Part shown: piece by piece, positions 1 through 8,183 of the stretch
Layout: each line of letters opens with the position of its first letter
Position numbering within the stretch: position 1 is the first letter of the stretch
Origin: Candidatus Limnocylindrales bacterium
GTDB lineage: Bacteria > Moduliflexota > Moduliflexia > Moduliflexales > JAUQPW01
Length of the DNA: 23,494 nt
NCBI GenBank assembly: GCA_035559535.1
Contig: DATMBG010000058.1
Coordinates: forward strand, 310,001-333,494
Reading direction: 5' to 3'
Notes under the pieces: model-generated
What the model saw: the letters and a program-made list of their open reading frames with translations, nothing else
What the model was told of the DNA's origin: nothing
The model's database searches: none
Made by a program: the position numbers and the translations under genes

Positions 1-16
1 TGGCTTGTATCTTGCA
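1..16 (+). promoter_or_regulatory. Putative sigma54 (-24/-12) promoter
   Basis: TGGCTT-GTATC-TTGCA. GG (2-3) and GC (14-15) are separated by exactly 10 nt as in the TGGCAC-N5-TTGCW consensus, about 105 bp upstream of the response regulator. Confidence 0.55.
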
Positions 17-120
17 CTTTAAAAAATCGTTCTCACTATATTACCGGTAAAACAAGACCTCTCCCAAATAGCATCAAAGGAAAGGTTTCACTGTCAGCTT
101 AACCTAAAGATTTCAAATTT

Positions 121-552
121 ATGCTCCAACATTCAACACCTTGCATCTTAGTGGTAGATGATGATAAAGAAATTCGCTGCGCACTAACCCGAATCTTCTC
201 GAAGGAAGGCTACCAGGTAGCTGCAGCAGCCAGTGGAGAAGAAGCCCTTGCGCTTTTTCAAAAAAATAAATTTAACCTGGTCATTACGGATTTACGCATG
301 CCCGGCATAGGGGGTTTAGAACTCCTGAAGAAAATCAAAACAGACAAGCCTGAAACGGTGGTAATCATCCTGACCGCTTTTTGCGATGAGATTACCTATA
401 CCGATATGAAAGCCCTCGGAGTCTATACCTACCTCTGTAAGCCCATCAAAAAAAATGAAATGCTGACGGCAGTCAAAAAGGCCCTCTTACCTACCCCGGG
501 TTACAATCAACCCTATTCCATCGTGTTTCCTCAACCGTCCCCTAGTCCCTAG
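121..552 (+). CDS. Single-domain response regulator (receiver, CheY/NtrC-N-like)
   Basis: ILVVDDD, phosphoacceptor in LVITDLRMPG, ILTA and KP motifs. No output domain, short Pro-rich tail. Confidence 0.93.
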   Translation: MLQHSTPCILVVDDDKEIRCALTRIFSKEGYQVAAAASGEEALALFQKNKFNLVITDLRMPGIGGLELLKKIKTDKPETVVIILTAFCDEITYTDMKALGVYTYLCKPIKKNEMLTAVKKALLPTPGYNQPYSIVFPQPSPSP

Positions 553-670
553 TTTTTAGTTTTTTTCCTTTAAGTTAAAAATTCCCTTGATTAAATTTTC
601 TATTCTCAATACATATACCTCAAATTCCGTTTCCAGATTTTGTTATGGATGAGAAGGTTATTCTGCTAAA

Positions 671-696
671 GCAGGCGAGACGCCTGCGTTCCTAAG
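671..696 (-). repeat. REP-like palindrome, family A copy 1 (GGAACGCAGGCGTCTCGCCTGC)
   Basis: Hairpin GCAGGCG-aga-CGCCTGC. 21/26 nt identical to 23238-23263 in the opposite orientation. Confidence 0.65.
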
Positions 697-756
697 CTGC
701 GTTAGATTTTGTTATCGATTGGATGGTCATTACCGTATGAAGGAGGTAAAGCTGTT

Positions 757-2757
757 ATGCCAACACCCCTATCACTGGATGAGCGCATCGCTTCTCTGGT
801 TCCAGAGGTTGGTGAAGAATTTCGGGTGGAACTCAGGCATGCCTTACAAACGTTACGGGCGTCAGAGAATCCCATTGGGGTTTTATTGGGTATGCCCCAT
901 TTGATTTGGCGATTAATCGAGGAGATTCTAAAATGCGCAGGGTATAGACGACCCAGCAATAGTCTTTATGACTGTATCCTTATGGCCGCTCACGGGGATC
1001 CCGAAAAAAAGATTAAGGGATTGAATATCCTGCCCGATGAGATGGCTTCCCATTTCCATAGGCTCTATAAGCTTTCTAACCGGGCCGACCATGTTACTGA
1101 ACAAGCCACCCTGACGGTTGCCGATGCCGAAAATGCTTTGCATCTTTTCCTGCGTGTGCTGGAATGGTTTTATTGTGAAAGCGAGCCGGGTCCCCATTTA
1201 CCTACCATTTACGGGGAAATAACCGATGGGAGTTATAAAGCTCCCGAAAAGTTACAGGAAATATCCCAAAAAAGGGCCCGATTGGAAAAACTCTTGAAGG
1301 AAAGGTATACAAAACCCGTTGCAGTCATGTTTATTACCCTGGAAGGTACTGGAAAGTCTTTTGGAGGATCGAGTGATCTCATGGATTTTAAAAGGCTCCA
1401 ACCATATCGCGCGCTGCTTCTTCCTATCACGGAAGGGCAGGGTAGGGTTATCCAAACCACCGGGGATACTCTGATAGCTTGTTTCAATAATCCTGAAAAA
1501 GCTGTTAAAACAGCTATCGAAATGCAAAAGATTCTTCGGGAAACCGCCGGTCAGGGGGAAGAAACTTATCTGTGTATTGGAATTAACTATGGGATCGGTA
1601 TGGTAGAGCAGAAAGAAGACGGCACCCTGGAGGTATCTGAAGCGGCTGTGAACCCGGCAGCCTGGGTCAAAGAAGAGGGAAAAAAGATTAGTCAGGTTTT
1701 TATCTCTCAATCTGTTTATAAAGCTATCCAAAATTCTAAAGAGATTACCCGCCTCTCTAAGGAGAGAGAAAAAACCGAGAAGAAAATAAAACCTTCCCCT
1801 ATTTATCCGGTTGTTCTGAGAGCTATCCTGGGGATCACCCTTATAGGACTTGTTCTGATTGTAGGGTTCTTCAGCTATAAGCACCGGCTTTCCCCACGAC
1901 TCCCGTCCCATGAACCTGCAATAAGACTGCCTTACGATCAAGTTTCTCAGGAACCCGGATCTTATAAGCCGGAGAGTATCGAAGCTATCGTTAAAACTCC
2001 TCTCAATGCCGGAAATGAGAATTTCAACCTGGATTATGAAGGATCTGCTGAAGTCGATAGCTGGACCTCTCAACCTGTCACCCTATCTTTCCTACCTCTG
2101 GAAATTAAGGATCCTATTTCTATAGGAAATGAGGAAGTAGAATTTTTTAATACCCGGTTGGCCGATTTTCTTCAAAGGACCGGAAGGGTCGTCGTTGTAG
2201 AACAGAGAAAGGTAGAGGATTTATTACGCGAATTAATGCCAGAACCTTTGAGGTTGATCGATCAGGCCCTGGCCCTTCAAGTGGGAAAACGATTGAATAC
2301 CCGGTTGGTTTCTGCAGGTACCTTTACCCGGCACGCTAACCTCGGTACCCTTCAGTTGTATATCCTGGAAACGGAAACGGCCATCATCAAGGGAACTTTT
2401 TCACAGAAGCTGGGACTGGATGCCCCATCCGAGGAACCTTTAAAAAGGTTGGCTCAAAAGATACTGGAAAAAATCCAAAGGGCTTATCCTTTGAGAGGCC
2501 GGATCGTGTGGGTTAACAACGAAAACCACCTTCTCATCAATATCGGCGCCAGACAAGGCATAACCTCTGGAATGATTTTAAAAATTATCCGGGATGGGGA
2601 TCCCTTTACTTCGGGTGATCAAATTATAGGGTACGAGAAGGAAGAGGTCGGTCTCCTGGAAATTACCTCGGTGAAGGAAAATTTTTCCCATGGGAAAGTT
2701 TTGAAAAAAATCCGGGATATTGAAAAGGGGATGAAGGTTGAAGAGATTCCCGGATAG
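757..2757 (+). CDS. Membrane-anchored multidomain protein: DUF4145/HEPN-like N-terminus, degenerate class III nucleotide cyclase, TM helix, periplasmic CsgG/TolB-N-like and FlgT-C-like domains
   Basis: Start moved from 709 to ATG 757 (AAGGAGG at 740-746). Motifs: FHRLYKLSNRADH...LEWFY; AVMFITLEG, TTGDTLIACF, CIGINYG, AVNPAAWV, VFISQSVY; TM VVLRAILGITLIGLVLIVGFFSY; VVEQRKVEDLLRE..VGKRL; YPLRGRIV..LLINIGARQGI..GM. Confidence 0.75.
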   Translation: MPTPLSLDERIASLVPEVGEEFRVELRHALQTLRASENPIGVLLGMPHLIWRLIEEILKCAGYRRPSNSLYDCILMAAHGDPEKKIKGLNILPDEMASHFHRLYKLSNRADHVTEQATLTVADAENALHLFLRVLEWFYCESEPGPHLPTIYGEITDGSYKAPEKLQEISQKRARLEKLLKERYTKPVAVMFITLEGTGKSFGGSSDLMDFKRLQPYRALLLPITEGQGRVIQTTGDTLIACFNNPEKAVKTAIEMQKILRETAGQGEETYLCIGINYGIGMVEQKEDGTLEVSEAAVNPAAWVKEEGKKISQVFISQSVYKAIQNSKEITRLSKEREKTEKKIKPSPIYPVVLRAILGITLIGLVLIVGFFSYKHRLSPRLPSHEPAIRLPYDQVSQEPGSYKPESIEAIVKTPLNAGNENFNLDYEGSAEVDSWTSQPVTLSFLPLEIKDPISIGNEEVEFFNTRLADFLQRTGRVVVVEQRKVEDLLRELMPEPLRLIDQALALQVGKRLNTRLVSAGTFTRHANLGTLQLYILETETAIIKGTFSQKLGLDAPSEEPLKRLAQKILEKIQRAYPLRGRIVWVNNENHLLINIGARQGITSGMILKIIRDGDPFTSGDQIIGYEKEEVGLLEITSVKENFSHGKVLKKIRDIEKGMKVEEIPG

Positions 2758-2919
2758 GCAGGATATGGACAAGGCAGAAGCCCGTTTTGCACCTTATCCT
2801 TCATAAAGAGTCCACTTTCTTTCTTCCGAACCCCAGACCGGCTATCGGGGAAACGGAATGGCTTTAATCAGGTAACCAGGGTATGTCAGGAAATAGGGTA
2901 TTTTTTCACGACTTTAACC

Positions 2920-2950
2920 TTGACAGAAGCGAGAAGAAATACCTAATTAT
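2920..2950 (+). promoter_or_regulatory. Putative sigma70 promoter of the GNAT-OSBS operon
   Basis: Perfect TTGACA at 2920-2925 and an AT-rich, non-consensus -10 (TAATTAT, 2944-2950). Confidence 0.4.
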
Positions 2951-2958
2951 TAACAGCC

Positions 2959-3792
2959 ATGGGCGAGATTCATATCCGTGAATTAAAAACCATTGACGAG
3001 ATGACCCCCTTAGTTGAACTCCAGAAAACTATCTGGGGATATACCGATCCTTATACAGCCCGACTCCTCCTGGTAGTATCCAAGACCGGAGGTCAGGTTT
3101 TAGGGGCTTATGTGGACGAAAAGCTGGTCGGATTTGCTTTCATGTTCTATGCCTATCGGAATGGAGAAAATTATCTTCATTCCCAGATGGTTGGGGTTCT
3201 ACCTGAGTATCGAAATGCCAATGTGGGCTATGCTTTAAAACTGGCCCAGCGGGATTATGCGTTAAGGTTGGGCTTAAACCGCATTGAGTGGACTTTTGAT
3301 CCCCTTCAAAGTAAGAATGCCTACTTTAATGTACATAAGCTGGGGGCAATTATTCGGAGATATGAACCTAACTATTACGGAAACCTTGGAGGTGTGTTCA
3401 ACGATAACCTGGATTCGGATCGAGTTTATGCAGAGTGGTATATAAACTCTGATCGGGTAAAGATTCGCCTCAAGGGAGAAAACGAACTCCAGGTTCCTAC
3501 AGATATACGGGTTATCGAGTCCAAAACGGTTAATCAAGTCGTTTTTAATTCCCAGGGTCTGGTACAAAACCAAAGTTATACGCTTCGTCCTCCAGATGTG
3601 AATTTCTTTGTAGAAATTCCGGAAGATTTTGAGCTTATTAAGCAAGATCTTGACCTTGCCCGAGAGTGGCGCAGGCAGCTACGGGAAATGTTAATGCACT
3701 TTCTGGGAGAAGGATATTCCATTGTAGAAGTCGTCAGCCTGCGGGTCGATAATAAAAGACGGAATTTCTATTACTTAACCCATGAAAATTGA
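2959..3792 (+). CDS. GNAT-family acyltransferase (probable D-amino-acid N-succinyltransferase type)
   Basis: LHSQMVGVLPEYRNANVGYALKLAQR, WTFDPLQSKNAYFN..KLGA, YY..SDR..AEW. Overlaps the OSBS/NSAR gene. Confidence 0.88.
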   Translation: MGEIHIRELKTIDEMTPLVELQKTIWGYTDPYTARLLLVVSKTGGQVLGAYVDEKLVGFAFMFYAYRNGENYLHSQMVGVLPEYRNANVGYALKLAQRDYALRLGLNRIEWTFDPLQSKNAYFNVHKLGAIIRRYEPNYYGNLGGVFNDNLDSDRVYAEWYINSDRVKIRLKGENELQVPTDIRVIESKTVNQVVFNSQGLVQNQSYTLRPPDVNFFVEIPEDFELIKQDLDLAREWRRQLREMLMHFLGEGYSIVEVVSLRVDNKRRNFYYLTHEN

Positions 3793-4888
3793 ACGGATTG
3801 ATTTACTTCATGTTCAGTTAAAATTAAAGGAGCCTTTCGAGACCAGTTCCAGCCGGAAAGATCATCTGGATCATATCCTGGTAAAAATCTATTCGGGTGA
3901 GCTGATCGGTTATGGAGAATGTGCCTGTCCTACCGAGCCTTTTTATTGTTATGAAACCACCCAGACCTGTTTGCATATCCTAAAGGATTTTATTATCCCC
4001 CGGGTATTGGGTCAGGATATCGTTTCTGTGGAAGATCTTATCCATAGGTACTGGAATATCAAAGGCCATAATTTCGCCAAATCCGGTCTTGAAATGGCCT
4101 GGTGGGATCTGTTGGCCCGTTGGGAGAATAAACCCTTATATAAACTTTTGGGGGGCGTTCGAACCGCCATTGAATCCGGAGTAAGCCTGGGAATTGAAAA
4201 GTCTGTTGAGGATTTACTTCCCAAGATAGAACGTTTTCTTAAGGAAGGCTATCGGCGGATCAAGCTTAAAATCAAACCCGGCAAGGATTTGGCCGTTGTA
4301 GAGGCGGTCCGGCACCATTTCGGAGATATTCCACTTATGCTGGACGCCAATTCGGCTTATACCCTTCAGGATTTACCCCTCTTCAAAGAATTAGATAAGT
4401 ATCACCTGATGATGATCGAACAACCTCTCGCCCACGATGATATTTATGATCATAGCAAATTACAAAGGGAGATTAAAACTCCTATTTGTTTAGACGAGAG
4501 TATTCATTCGGTGGAGGATGCCCGGAAAGCCATAGAACTGGGAAGTTGCCGGATTATCAATATCAAACCGGGCCGTGTCGGGGGACTTTATGAAGCCCGA
4601 AAAATTCATGATTTGTGCTACCGGCAGGGTATTCCGGTCTGGTGTGGAGGTATGCATGAGTACGGAATAGGTCGGGCCCACAACATCGCCCTCAGCACTC
4701 TTCCGAATTTTACCTTACCGGGAGATGTATCTGCCAGTTCTAAGTACTATCAGGAAGATATTGTAGCCCCTCCTATTGAGCTGGACAACGGTAAGATTAA
4801 GGTCATAGAAGCTCCTGGAATCGGTTATCGTCCCGTGGAACAGCAGATTAAAAAATATACGGTAGCTTCCTATTGCTTTGAAGCGTAG
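3782..4888 (+). CDS. menC: o-succinylbenzoate synthase / N-succinylamino acid racemase (enolase superfamily)
   Basis: RIKLKIKPG (KxK), DANSAY, IEQPL, CLDESI, NIKPGRVGG, WCGGM, GDVSASSKYY. Confidence 0.9.
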   Translation: MKIERIDLLHVQLKLKEPFETSSSRKDHLDHILVKIYSGELIGYGECACPTEPFYCYETTQTCLHILKDFIIPRVLGQDIVSVEDLIHRYWNIKGHNFAKSGLEMAWWDLLARWENKPLYKLLGGVRTAIESGVSLGIEKSVEDLLPKIERFLKEGYRRIKLKIKPGKDLAVVEAVRHHFGDIPLMLDANSAYTLQDLPLFKELDKYHLMMIEQPLAHDDIYDHSKLQREIKTPICLDESIHSVEDARKAIELGSCRIINIKPGRVGGLYEARKIHDLCYRQGIPVWCGGMHEYGIGRAHNIALSTLPNFTLPGDVSASSKYYQEDIVAPPIELDNGKIKVIEAPGIGYRPVEQQIKKYTVASYCFEA

Positions 4889-4916
4889 TAAAAAAATTTA
4901 AGGTAGGTGTTTAAAA

Positions 4917-5174
4917 ATGATCACCCGTTTAATCATTTTTATCCTTGTTCTTTGGATAATCCATAAGATCATAAAACAGGCTCGTACGCTCTTTTTTCAA
5001 ATAAAAAAGAGGGAAGCCAATGAACTGATCCTGGGCGGGGAGATGGTTCAAGATCCAAGCTGCCGGGTGTATATTCCTAAAAATACCGCCATCCAACAAA
5101 AAATCGGGCAGCATCGGTATTATTTTTGTAGCCAGGAATGTGCCAGAAAATTTTATGAATCTCTCAAAGCCTGA
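4917..5174 (+). CDS. YHS-domain small membrane protein
   Basis: N-terminal hydrophobic helix; MVQDPSCRVYIP...YYFCSQEC. RBS-like AGGTAGGTG upstream. Confidence 0.85.
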   Translation: MITRLIIFILVLWIIHKIIKQARTLFFQIKKREANELILGGEMVQDPSCRVYIPKNTAIQQKIGQHRYYFCSQECARKFYESLKA

Positions 5175-5177
5175 TAG

Positions 5178-5843
5178 ATGAGAAGGATGGATAAAAAGCT
5201 TAATCTTTATAAGCAGGAGATCATCCGAATAGGGCAAAGGCTTTATCAAAAAGGGTTGATTGTTGCTACCGAAGGGAATATCAGCATTAAAGTCGATGAA
5301 AATACCCTCTTAGCGACCTCTCAAGGTATTCATAAGGGATCTATGACACCGGGTCAAATTGTGAAAACGGATTTAAAAGGTGTGAAGCTGGAAGGAAAGG
5401 GAGAACCCTCTTCGGAATTAAAGATGCATTTAGCTGTTTACCATACCCGCCCCGATGTAAAGGCAGTCATTCATGCTCATCCTCCTGTGGGTACAGGGTT
5501 TGCCGTTGCAGGCCTTGCCTTAGATCGATTTATCTTGCCGGAAGTTGTGGTTACCCTGGGTACAGTTCCTTTGCTCAAGTATGCCACCCCGACTACCGAG
5601 GAATTGGCAGAATTGGTTTCGGATTCTATTGCTCAACATGATGCACTTTTGTTGGCTAATCATGGGGCTCTGACGGTAGGTAAGGATTTAATAACGGCTT
5701 ATTACAAGATGGAAACCTTAGAGCAATTTGCAAGAATAAGCCTGGTGGCCAGACTCCTGGGTAGAGAAAACGTTCTTCCTCCTGAAGCGGTTGAAAAATT
5801 GATGGAACTACGTGCGCAATATCTGAGAAAATCTTCCCCATGA
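5178..5843 (+). CDS. Class II aldolase/adducin family protein (FucA/AraD/MtnB-like)
   Basis: EGNIS, PSSELKMH, VIHAHP and LLANHG metal-binding motifs. Confidence 0.92.
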   Translation: MRRMDKKLNLYKQEIIRIGQRLYQKGLIVATEGNISIKVDENTLLATSQGIHKGSMTPGQIVKTDLKGVKLEGKGEPSSELKMHLAVYHTRPDVKAVIHAHPPVGTGFAVAGLALDRFILPEVVVTLGTVPLLKYATPTTEELAELVSDSIAQHDALLLANHGALTVGKDLITAYYKMETLEQFARISLVARLLGRENVLPPEAVEKLMELRAQYLRKSSP

Positions 5844-5858
5844 ACAAGCAGATGGATC

Positions 5859-5886
5859 TTGACTAAAAATTTATTCGTGATATATG
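5859..5886 (+). promoter_or_regulatory. Putative sigma70 promoter of lpxC
   Basis: TTGACT, 16 nt, then TATATG with an extended-10 TG, in the 125-bp gap before lpxC. Confidence 0.4.
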
Positions 5887-5974
5887 GAAAGATCGAACCT
5901 ACGGAAGCAGAGTTTGTGGAGTTTGTTTGGAAACTTTTTAACCATCGGATAAAATACCGCACAAAGAGGTGGAA

Positions 5975-6859
5975 ATGAATCAAAAGACCTTAAAAAAATC
6001 GGTTGAGTGCTCCGGAATCGGCCTTCATTCCGGTCGGCCTGTTACGATGCGTATCCACCCGGCTCCTATAGATAGTGGAATTGTATTTAGACGAACGGAT
6101 CTTCCCGACCGAAAAGCAGTGAGCGCCCTCCATACCAATCTGATTAGCGCGCAGTATGCAACTTCCTTGGGAAATGGAGAGGTCGTTATCAAAACCGTTG
6201 AACACCTTTTATCTTGTTTGATGGGATTAGAAATCGATAATGCCCTCATTGAATTGGATTCCGAAGAAGTACCCGTTTTTGATGGAAGTGCTAATTATTA
6301 CGTTCAATTGCTGCAAAGTGCAGGTATCCGAATTCAAGAGGCCAGACGAAAGTTTATTAAAGTATATCGTCCCATTGAACTTTATGATAAGGATAGGGCT
6401 ATTTCTATTAAGCCCTATCCCCGGTTACGTATCACCTATACCATAGACTTTCCCCACCCCCTTTTAAAAAATCAAACCAAGACCATCGACATTTCCTCCG
6501 AAAGTTTTATTACCGAGATAGCCCCGGCCCGGACTTTTTGTCTTTATGAAGAAATAGAGAATTTACGCCAACAGGGGTTGGCAAAAGGAGGTTCTTTAGA
6601 AAATGCCATTGTAATTGGCCGGGATGGGGTTTATAATGGGAGTCTTAGATTTGAGGATGAATGTGTTCGACATAAAATCTTAGATCTCCTGGGAGATTTA
6701 GCTTTATTGGGAACCCGGATTCTGGGACATATTACCGTTTACAAGGGGGGTCACTTACTGCATTCCAAACTGGTTCGAGAAATTCTTCTTCAACAAAACT
6801 CCTGGTATTATACCTCTGGTAATGGAAAAGGAAGCCTGGATGAAAGGAAGATCGTCTAA
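5975..6859 (+). CDS. lpxC: UDP-3-O-acyl-N-acetylglucosamine deacetylase
   Basis: QKTL..GIGLHSG, TVEHLLS, IAPARTF, GGSLENA, RHKILDLLGDL, GH. ATG 5975 follows AGAGGT; GTG 5969 is an alternative start. Confidence 0.97.
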   Translation: MNQKTLKKSVECSGIGLHSGRPVTMRIHPAPIDSGIVFRRTDLPDRKAVSALHTNLISAQYATSLGNGEVVIKTVEHLLSCLMGLEIDNALIELDSEEVPVFDGSANYYVQLLQSAGIRIQEARRKFIKVYRPIELYDKDRAISIKPYPRLRITYTIDFPHPLLKNQTKTIDISSESFITEIAPARTFCLYEEIENLRQQGLAKGGSLENAIVIGRDGVYNGSLRFEDECVRHKILDLLGDLALLGTRILGHITVYKGGHLLHSKLVREILLQQNSWYYTSGNGKGSLDERKIV

Positions 6860-6969
6860 AAGTAGTACTTTGTGAAGTTTCTGCCCTCACCCCCCCCCCA
6901 GCCCCCATACGCGTCAGGATAAGGAGTGAGATCCATGAGGAGGGCCCCCTTAATGTCAAATGAGACGTT

Positions 6970-6997
6970 GTATGGGCGCAAGGCCTTGCGCCCCTAC
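6970..6997. repeat. GTAG-type REP palindrome
   Basis: GTATGGGCGCAAGGCCTTGCGCCCCTAC, a near-perfect palindrome that reads GTAGGGGCGC.. on the minus strand. Confidence 0.75.
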
Positions 6998-7031
6998 CTT
7001 AGTTTGCAGGGAAAGGAACTTTGAAGCGAAA

Positions 7032-7123
7032 TTCCCTCCCCTGGGAAACGGGGGAGGGAAAGGGTGGGGGCACCTTAACCTGGCGCCTAGGCCCCCGGCC
7101 CCTTTCCCACAAAGGGAGGGGAG
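7032..7123. repeat. Pair of C/G-rich REP-like hairpins (CCCCTCTCCC..GGGAGGGG family)
   Basis: TTCCCTCCCC..GGGGGAGGGAA plus CCCCCGGCCCCTTTCCCACAAAGGGAGGGGAG. The latter closely matches the reverse complement of 17323-17363. A related GCCCTCACCCC start lies at 6884. Confidence 0.7.
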
Positions 7124-7185
7124 TGGAAAAGTGAAAGCGGCATTATGAGGTCAAGATGAGGTAAACAGTGTATTAAAACTCTGCG

Positions 7186-7761
7186 TCAGGTTGAAGAAAT
7201 AAGATATTTCTCTTGCTGACGTTCCAGGGAATTCTCTTCTTCCTGATCAAAAAACAGATATCGTCGCCACTCTTTCTTCTCTTCTCCGAGCCGTCTTATA
7301 ATCTGCAAATAAGTAACCACACTGGGAAGTCTCGGTTTTCTTAAAAGTTTCATGCCAGCTTCTTCAGGAGTATCGTCTCCTTTTCGATTATTGCATGACC
7401 GACAGGCAGTTACTACATTATCCCATCCATCCCATCCACCTCGAGAAAGGGGGATTACATGATCCAGGGTAAGATCCATAATTTTGAATTTTTGATAACA
7501 ATACTGGCAAATATAATTATCCCGGATCAATACATTTTTTCGCGAAAACTTAACCCGATGATAGGGAATCTTTACGTACCGTAAAAGCCTGATTACAGCC
7601 GGTACAGGGATAGATATGGTAGGAGAGCGTAAAACCATATCGGTCTCTTCCTCGACAATGGCTACTCCCTTAAATATCAGGGTAATCGCTCTCTTTAAAT
7701 TACAAACGTGAATCACTTCATAACTCGCGTTCAGTACCAAGACGGCATAATTCACAGACAA
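7186..7761 (-). CDS. HNH endonuclease (McrA/COG1403-like)
   Basis: LVLNASYE..KRAI; RDNYICQYC...TLDHVIPLSRGG..W.NVVTACRSCNNRKG. Confidence 0.93.
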   Translation of the reverse strand: MSVNYAVLVLNASYEVIHVCNLKRAITLIFKGVAIVEEETDMVLRSPTISIPVPAVIRLLRYVKIPYHRVKFSRKNVLIRDNYICQYCYQKFKIMDLTLDHVIPLSRGGWDGWDNVVTACRSCNNRKGDDTPEEAGMKLLRKPRLPSVVTYLQIIRRLGEEKKEWRRYLFFDQEEENSLERQQEKYLISST

Positions 7762-7824
7762 GGCATCACCCCTTTGAATAATCTGAAAAGTAAGTAAATA
7801 AACTTATTACGTAATCTTTCCTAT

Positions 7825-7854
7825 AAGCTACCATGGATAAGGGGGTTATGTCAA
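7825..7854 (-). promoter_or_regulatory. Putative sigma70 promoter of the HNH gene
   Basis: Minus strand TTGACA (7854-7849), 18 nt, then TAGCTT (7830-7825) preceded by an extended-10 TG. Confidence 0.6.
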
Positions 7855-7871
7855 TAAAATTTTAACGGCTA

Positions 7872-8030
7872 GTCTCCGTATCAATTTAGTAAGTGGAAAA
7901 AGAAGCACCCCCCTGGCCCCCCCTCCAGGGGGAACTGACAGGGGGGTGCTGCTGCTGAAGTTCCCCCTGGAGGGGGGTTAGGGAGATGTTCAGATAGAAA
8001 AAGTGACACCTACTAAAGGGTTACCGTTAC
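7872..8030. mobile_element. MITE-like non-coding element, copy 1 (159 bp)
   Basis: Imperfect ~24-bp TIRs (GTCTCCGTATCAATTTAGTAAGTG / CACCTACTAAAGGGTTACCGTTAC). Flanking 9-mers TAACGGCTA / TAACGGTTA (8/9). Internal CCCCCCTCCAGGGGG / CCCCCTGGAGGGGGG inverted repeat. Homologous to 17490-17811. Confidence 0.8.
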
Positions 8031-8078
8031 TAACGGTTATTGGTTTATCTCTTGTGCCAAGGATAATTTTTTACCCCT

Positions 8079-8114
8079 GTTTCGCCCCCGGGCTTGAGCC
8101 CGGGAACGAGAAAC
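8079..8114 (-). repeat. REP-like hairpin, possible terminator of the MoxR operon
   Basis: CCCGGGC-ttga-GCCCGGG stem. Minus strand reads CTCGTTCCCGGGCTCAAGCCCGGG, 70 bp downstream of the BatA-VWA stop. Confidence 0.5.
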
Positions 8115-8183
8115 TCAAAGGGAATGAAAATCCAAACAGTACCTGTTCCCGTAGGGAATACCCTGGGAGGGGAGGGTAAATCT

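Noticed and set aside
709-756. TTG start at 709 for the cyclase-like gene
   Set aside because: A strong SD (AAGGAGG) lies inside this extension, just before ATG 757.
1252-2073. 273-aa minus-strand ORF and other long antisense or alternative-frame ORFs in the track
   Set aside because: They overlap well-supported genes and show no recognisable motifs; these are shadow ORFs.
6960-7148. 62-aa ORF
   Set aside because: Made almost entirely of GC-rich palindromic repeats.
8043-8060. Minus-strand TTGGCAC as a sigma54 -24 box
   Set aside because: No GC at the -12 position.
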